A stretch of 32,000 nt of DNA from Candidatus Thalassarchaeaceae archaeon. GTDB taxonomy: Archaea; Thermoplasmatota; Poseidoniia; Poseidoniales; Thalassarchaeaceae. Where the stretch lies: the NCBI GenBank assembly GCA_045568075.1, contig JBJLBP010000001.1, forward strand, positions 420,001 through 452,000. The letters are read 5' to 3'. The notes below the pieces were generated by a model that saw only the letters and a list, made by a program, of their open reading frames with translations, did no database searches and had not been told where the DNA came from. Shown in pieces: positions 27,569-32,000 of the stretch; position 1 is the first letter of the stretch; each line of letters starts with the position of its first letter. The translations under genes were made by a program, and so were the position numbers.

Positions 27569-28354
27569 ATGATTGAAGGCGAGGCCCAACATTCGCGCAT
27601 CGTGCCAGAGGTCGCGGTCCGCACTGATGATTTCCGCCTGGCATACAGGCTACTCGGTCGCTTGCGCGATTCTGGTATCGAACATATGCAGATTGACCCC
27701 GAGCATCCGGTGCCTAACGGGGTCGACTATTGGATAGGATCGCACGCCGAAGTTGGGCGATCCGAGGATGATCGAGGAGTCGGATGTGCGGTAGAAGAAA
27801 TCGACTCAGTTATCGGCTCGATTGTCAATCGGATGTATGTTGGTGAGAAAGTACAGCGCATCTGCTTCGGAATCGATCCAGGACCTAGACCCGGCCTTGC
27901 TTGGCTTGCTGATGGAAAGGCGGCCGGTTCGATGCAGATGGAATCGGTCGACGAGACCGTCGATCGAATAATGGAGATTCTACGCGATCTTCGGCCGGCT
28001 GAATCTGTGGTTCGGATAGGTGATGGGGCGAGAACAATTTCTTCGCGCATCGCCAATGTCTGTCTTGCGCGAGGTCTCTCAATCCAATTTGTCGACGAGC
28101 GCTCGACCTCACGTGGCTCGCGACACGACCATGTTTCAGCCGCGCTTACCATCTGCTCTCTCGAAGGAATCCCTGTCACTCAGCGCTTGCAGGTCATCCC
28201 AACTGAGGGTGAGGTGCGCGAAATTCAACGGCGCAGTCGGCGCATCTCAGAAGGTCGCTTGACTATTCCAGCCAGCCTTGCTCGAGCTGTTGCAGTCGGC
28301 CGACTGACTCTCAGTGAAGCGGTCGAATTGCACATCGATTCTCTCGACCGCTAA
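27569..28354 (+). CDS. RuvX/YqgF-like RNase-H-fold putative nuclease with extra N- and C-terminal domains
   Basis: The central region parallels bacterial RuvX blocks in order: ICFGIDPGPRPGLAWL (cf. FDFGTKSIGVA), RPAESVVRIGDGA (cf. IIVGLPLNMDG), IQFVDERSTS (cf. DERLST) and HDHVSAALTI (cf. DSASAVIIL). The comparison is from memory and was not computed. Confidence 0.55.
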   Translation: MIEGEAQHSRIVPEVAVRTDDFRLAYRLLGRLRDSGIEHMQIDPEHPVPNGVDYWIGSHAEVGRSEDDRGVGCAVEEIDSVIGSIVNRMYVGEKVQRICFGIDPGPRPGLAWLADGKAAGSMQMESVDETVDRIMEILRDLRPAESVVRIGDGARTISSRIANVCLARGLSIQFVDERSTSRGSRHDHVSAALTICSLEGIPVTQRLQVIPTEGEVREIQRRSRRISEGRLTIPASLARAVAVGRLTLSEAVELHIDSLDR

Positions 28355-28366
28355 GTCGAGAAGCAA

Positions 28367-29008
28367 TCAGGGGTACTTTCCGCGTCGGAAAGCACGAGTT
28401 CGGTCAATCCCAGGGAATCTATCCTCGGACTCGCGATAAACTGTCTTCATATTGTTGAGGAACTGATTGTCATCGGTAACGATGAGCACCATATCGGTAC
28501 CAGGATCTTCACCTTCATCCATCCAAGCGAGAACGATTTCCATCGTCCTTCGAGCGCCTTCCCGGTGAGGGTAAGCAAAGATATCCATACTCACCGGTGA
28601 CATCACAAGTGTCGTGCGTTCATCGACTGCTTCGATTTGCTCAAACATAGCAGCATAGGACTTCTTGAGCAGATCTCGCCTGAAATTATCTTGATTTGGA
28701 CGTCGACAATCTGGCCCCACCACATGGATGAGGTTGTTGAATGGCAAATTGAATCCAGGAGTAGTAACAGCTTCCCCGACTCCACATGGCTGCAAATTCT
28801 CCTTTCGGCGCTCAACAGCAATACCGTGGCAGAATTCTCTCAGTTCTGGTCCAGCCTTTTGATGAATTTTCTCATCCAAACCTTCCCTGCCTGCCAATCG
28901 GTTGTTGGCGGTAGTCACTAGAACGTCTCCTTCGACACGTAGGATGTTACCAAACAGGACGCGAACCTCCCCATACTTGCATTCGCGCACAATGACTGTC
29001 TCGGCCAT
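28367..29008 (-). CDS. Macro domain protein (ADP-ribose-binding/hydrolase fold) with divergent glycine loops
   Basis: GNILRVEGDVLVTTANNRL..GLDEKIHQKAG...GEAVTTPGFNLPFNNLIHVVGP follows the MacroD/Af1521 pattern. Confidence 0.75.
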   Translation of the reverse strand: MAETVIVRECKYGEVRVLFGNILRVEGDVLVTTANNRLAGREGLDEKIHQKAGPELREFCHGIAVERRKENLQPCGVGEAVTTPGFNLPFNNLIHVVGPDCRRPNQDNFRRDLLKKSYAAMFEQIEAVDERTTLVMSPVSMDIFAYPHREGARRTMEIVLAWMDEGEDPGTDMVLIVTDDNQFLNNMKTVYRESEDRFPGIDRTRAFRRGKYP

Positions 29009-29114
29009 ACGCTTACGAGAGGGGGCCGCCCGCTATCACCCCTTCGTCGCTCAAATCTTGTTTCGACGCGCCGTCAAAGGGTTCTTCGCCACTTAGCCCC
29101 TCCCTGTCGATAAG

Positions 29115-29348
29115 ATGTCTGTTGGATATGTGCTGATTAACGTCGAACCGGGTTCAGAATTCTCTGTGTTCGAGACGGCCTCGAACCTGCCGTTTGTGGT
29201 CGATTCGAATCTCTTGTTCGGCGACCACGATCTCATCCTGAAGATAGAGGCCGCTAACATGGGTGAAATCGCTCGATTAGTAGTCGATTCCATCCGTTCA
29301 ATCGAGGGTGTTCTCAACACCAAGACCCTCGCTTGCGCCGAATTATGA
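29115..29348 (+). CDS. Stand-alone Lrp/AsnC ligand-binding (RAM) domain protein
   Basis: At 77 aa, the YVLINVEPGSE...FGDHDLILKIEA...IEGVLNTKT pattern matches stand-alone archaeal RAM-domain proteins. Confidence 0.75.
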   Translation: MSVGYVLINVEPGSEFSVFETASNLPFVVDSNLLFGDHDLILKIEAANMGEIARLVVDSIRSIEGVLNTKTLACAEL

Positions 29349-29356
29349 GTAAAATT

Positions 29357-29371
29357 CCCTCTTTCAGAGGG
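29357..29371 (+). terminator. Short hairpin ccctct-ttc-agaggg after the RAM-domain gene
   Basis: A perfect 6-bp stem with a 3-nt loop, 9 nt after the stop. No clear T-run follows. Confidence 0.25.
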
Positions 29372-29477
29372 TCTCGGAATTTGAGAAAAGGTGCTTACAG
29401 CGGCGCAGTGAAGCGTTTATCTGCCTCAAACTTCATAATCTCTCTGAGTGGCCCGCCTTGTGGAGGTGGATAATTCA

Positions 29478-29741
29478 ATGTCTGGCAAGAAATACTTCGT
29501 TTTGATGGAGGGCGGTAATGATACAGCCCAAGTTTTCGTGAGCAAGCAGCCCCGTGGCGCAGCTCTGAAGGCGGCTACACGTGGTCACACTGCAATTGAA
29601 CTGCGCGAGCGCGGTACAAACAAAGTGCATGTATTCGTCGGCTCGACCGCAATGGTCGATAAGCCGAAGAATGGACCTGCTTGGCTCCCAGCCAAGATCA
29701 AGAAGGCCAACGTGAAGAAGACCGGTATCAAGCACCTCTGA
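29478..29741 (+). CDS. Chromosomal protein MC1 (archaeal non-histone chromatin protein)
   Basis: FVSKQPRGAALKAATRG, ELRERGTNKVHVF, PKNGPAWLP and KIKKANVKK closely parallel Methanosarcina MC1, by recall. The ATG at 29478 is preceded by a GGAGGTGGA SD. Confidence 0.85.
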   Translation: MSGKKYFVLMEGGNDTAQVFVSKQPRGAALKAATRGHTAIELRERGTNKVHVFVGSTAMVDKPKNGPAWLPAKIKKANVKKTGIKHL

Positions 29742-29890
29742 ATCTAATCAGGGTGCGCCGTCTTCGAACGTCTGCGCTGATCCACGTAACCCCACCCGCG
29801 ATTCCTTCTGCGGATGCGTGGGCGGGGGATATTATCGACGTCTCAGTTTGTTTCAACTCAGTGGATTCCCACTTGAGTCACTTGAAGTGA

Positions 29891-30658
29891 TTATTTTCCA
29901 CGAAGCCCGAGTTTCTTGGTAATCATTGCAATTGGATCATAGTACTCGGTCACGACTCTTTCCTTGAGTGGAATTATCGCGTTGTCCGTGATTTTGATTC
30001 CTGCGGGACAGACCTCGGTGCAACACTTCGTGATATTACAGTAGCCAAGGCCGAAATCCTCCTTGATTTCGGGAATGCGACTCTTGGTGTCGAGAGGGTG
30101 CATCTCTAGTCCGGCCAAGCGTACGAAGAAGCGTGGTCCTGCGAATTCGTCGAATTTCTGGTGTTCGCGAAGAACGTGGCAGGTATTGACGCAAAGCATG
30201 CACTCTATGCAAGCGCGGAATTCTTGGATTCGATCGGCCTCTTCTTGCTTGAACTCCCAATCGAACTCTTTGGGTCCACTAATCGGGACCATTTTCTTGT
30301 TCATCTCAAAAGCCCATGACAAATCGGTCACGAGATCCTTGGTGATTGGGAAAGCCTGCATTGGCTTGACCGTGACCGGCTGACCATCAGGAGTCTCCTC
30401 CATGATATCCTCCATTCGAGTCATGCACATCAGGCGCGGCATACCGTTTACTTCAGCACTGCATGAACCGCACTTGCCAGCCTTGCAATTCCAGCGACAG
30501 GCAAGGTCGGGTGCGTGCTCGGATTGAATACGGTGGATAACATCGAGAACGACCATGCCTTCATCCATCTCGACGGTGTAATCGACCATCTTACCCATGG
30601 CATCTCCATCACCGTCACCGACGCCGCGGAAGACTCGGAAAGTGACATCTTCGCTCAT
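29891..30658 (-). CDS. sdhB: Succinate dehydrogenase / fumarate reductase iron-sulfur subunit
   Basis: The Cys clusters are CRWNCKAGKCGSC (2Fe-2S), CIECMLCVNTC (4Fe-4S) and CTKCCTEVCP (3Fe-4S). The start lies 2 nt after the sdhA stop. Confidence 0.9.
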   Translation of the reverse strand: MSEDVTFRVFRGVGDGDGDAMGKMVDYTVEMDEGMVVLDVIHRIQSEHAPDLACRWNCKAGKCGSCSAEVNGMPRLMCMTRMEDIMEETPDGQPVTVKPMQAFPITKDLVTDLSWAFEMNKKMVPISGPKEFDWEFKQEEADRIQEFRACIECMLCVNTCHVLREHQKFDEFAGPRFFVRLAGLEMHPLDTKSRIPEIKEDFGLGYCNITKCCTEVCPAGIKITDNAIIPLKERVVTEYYDPIAMITKKLGLRGK

Positions 30659-30660
30659 TT

Positions 30661-32000
30661 TCAGCCCTCCTCGTGTAGGTCCTCAGCATCTAGAAGTGCT
30701 TTGAGTTCATCATCTATCGGGGGGTAGGTTCGGTGTTCGATGCTCATCGAGCCATCTGCTTCTTGCACGATTACGCTGTTGATCTTGCCCCAGTGTTTGT
30801 GATCTGGAACTGGGAAGTCATCGCGTGTGTGTCCACCACGTGACTCTTCTCGCTGAAGTGCGGCTAGCGCACACATGCGCGAGACATCCAGCATGGCGCT
30901 CAACTCGAGTGCTTGATGCCAACCGGGATTGTAGATTCTCGAACCTCCGGGGCTGGTCAAATCTGCGCGAGCCTCAAGTTCTTCAAGGTCTGAAAGCGCT
31001 TCTTCAAGCAAACTTCCGTTTCGAATGATCCCGACCTTTTCTTGCATCATCTCACGTAAATCCTCGACAACCTTAGCTGGATTTTCCCCACCTTCTCGAT
31101 CGAAAGGAGCCAACGTTTCGGCGATGACCTCAGCGATTTCAGCCTCATCGACATCGGCGAAGCCGTCGGACTCAGTCGCCCGCTGCGCCGCACTCTCTCC
31201 AGCAATCTTACCGAAGACAAGCAAATCGGTCAGTGAGTTGCCACCCAAACGGTTGGCTCCGTGCAGACCAGTTGCTGCTTCACCGGCAGCATAGAGGCCC
31301 TGAATAGTCGATTCCTGAGACTCTGGGTCGACCTTGACTCCACCCATGACATAGTGAGCGGTCGGCCCAACTTCCATCGGTGTCTTGGTGATATCAACGG
31401 CAGCCAATTCTTTGAATTGATGATACATTCCTGGTAGTTTCTTCTTGACTTCTTCAGCAGACCGCCACGAAATATCGAGGTAAGCCCCACCGTGTTCACT
31501 TGCACGTCCTGCCTCACGCTCGGAATTGATTGCCTTCGCAACCACGTCACGAGTTAGTAGTTCAGGCGGGCGTCTCTTCGTGGCCAACTTGCCAGAGATG
31601 ACTTCGTCAACCCACTCGAGAGCTTCTTTCTCGGTATCGGCGAACTCGTCCTTGTACATGTCAGGGATGTAATCGAACATGAAACGCTCACCCTCAGAAT
31701 TGGTCAGCATGCCACCTTCACCTCGAACGCCCTCAGTAACGAGAATCCCCTTGACACTCGGTGGCCAAATCATGCCTGTCGGATGGAATTGAACGAATTC
31801 CATATCACCCAATTCAGCCCCTGCCCAGTAAGCGAGGGCATGACCCTCTCCGGTGTATTCCCAAGAGCCGGAGCAGACCGCCCAGCAACGGGTGATTCCC
31901 CCAGTCGCGAGGACGATTGACTTGGCTTTGAAGAGGTGTAGAGAACCATCGTTACGGTCGTAGGCGAAGCAACCGACAACAACGCCATCTTTGGTGAATA
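30661..32000 (-). CDS. sdhA: Succinate dehydrogenase / fumarate reductase flavoprotein subunit. The N-terminus lies beyond the right end of the window.
   Basis: [17 protein letters not shown] and [12 protein letters not shown] are present. I translated upstream of the track's TTG at 31812 and the same frame stays open to nt 31998 (..[31 protein letters not shown]), so the gene is truncated by the window. Confidence 0.9.
   Translation of the reverse strand, partial: FTKDGVVVGCFAYDRNDGSLHLFKAKSIVLATGGITRCWAVCSGSWEYTGEGHALAYWAGAELGDMEFVQFHPTGMIWPPSVKGILVTEGVRGEGGMLTNSEGERFMFDYIPDMYKDEFADTEKEALEWVDEVISGKLATKRRPPELLTRDVVAKAINSEREAGRASEHGGAYLDISWRSAEEVKKKLPGMYHQFKELAAVDITKTPMEVGPTAHYVMGGVKVDPESQESTIQGLYAAGEAATGLHGANRLGGNSLTDLLVFGKIAGESAAQRATESDGFADVDEAEIAEVIAETLAPFDREGGENPAKVVEDLREMMQEKVGIIRNGSLLEEALSDLEELEARADLTSPGGSRIYNPGWHQALELSAMLDVSRMCALAALQREESRGGHTRDDFPVPDHKHWGKINSVIVQEADGSMSIEHRTYPPIDDELKALLDAEDLHEEG

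Noticed and set aside
27727-28179. 150-aa ORF antisense to the RuvX-like gene
   Set aside because: It has Ser/Arg/Pro-rich shadow composition, whereas the plus-strand frame carries ordered RuvX-like motifs.
1-32000. Search for CRISPR arrays, rRNA/tRNA genes, transposases, integrases, toxin-antitoxin pairs or defence islands
   Set aside because: No regularly spaced direct repeats, no long non-coding stretch and no ORF with recombinase or transposase hallmarks were seen. Essentially all the sequence is accounted for by the genes listed.

Overview
The window reads as a very compact archaeal chromosomal segment. Hand counts of a few 60-nt lines give about 55% GC in core genes. About 33 protein genes are packed almost end to end, and starts are often preceded by GGTGA or GGAGG Shine-Dalgarno-like motifs. 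I found no rRNA, tRNA, CRISPR array, transposase or integrase.

Content in order:
- Distal complex I genes nuoL (5'-truncated), nuoM and nuoN.
- The archaeal aIF1A, RIO kinase and KH-domain (Dim2/Pno1-like) cluster.
- A more AT-rich orphan gene divergent from a large membrane protein.
- A leucine-catabolism-type operon: methylcrotonyl-CoA carboxylase beta, crotonase, biotin carboxylase and a separate BCCP.
- An AT-rich orphan membrane gene with a bacterial-looking hairpin terminator, then a DUF4126 membrane protein.
- serS, a presenilin-like A22 protease, folC, a small membrane-anchored Cys/Asp-motif protein and dCMP deaminase.
- A CoaE/UPF0200-like P-loop kinase and a 1013-aa Lhr-like helicase.
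- A 4-TM protein coupled to a Sec11-type signal peptidase, and an M50 site-2 protease.
- Hjc resolvase divergent from a RuvX/YqgF-like RNase-H-fold protein.
- A divergent macro-domain protein, a stand-alone Lrp/AsnC RAM domain and chromatin protein MC1.
- sdhB and sdhA (sdhA runs off the right end).

The archaeal markers (aIF1A, Hjc, MC1, Sec11-type SPase) together with the compactness suggest an uncultured marine euryarchaeon. This is inference only.

I see no clear multi-gene novel system such as a defence island. The best second-look items are:
- the Hjc / RuvX-like divergent nuclease pair;
- a recurrent Ser/Thr plus tri-acidic C-terminal tail on four unrelated proteins;
- a eukaryote-like acidic tail on aIF1A;
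- an in-frame TGA splitting the carboxylase alpha subunit;
- two AT-rich orphan genes;
- a macro domain with both glycine loops replaced.
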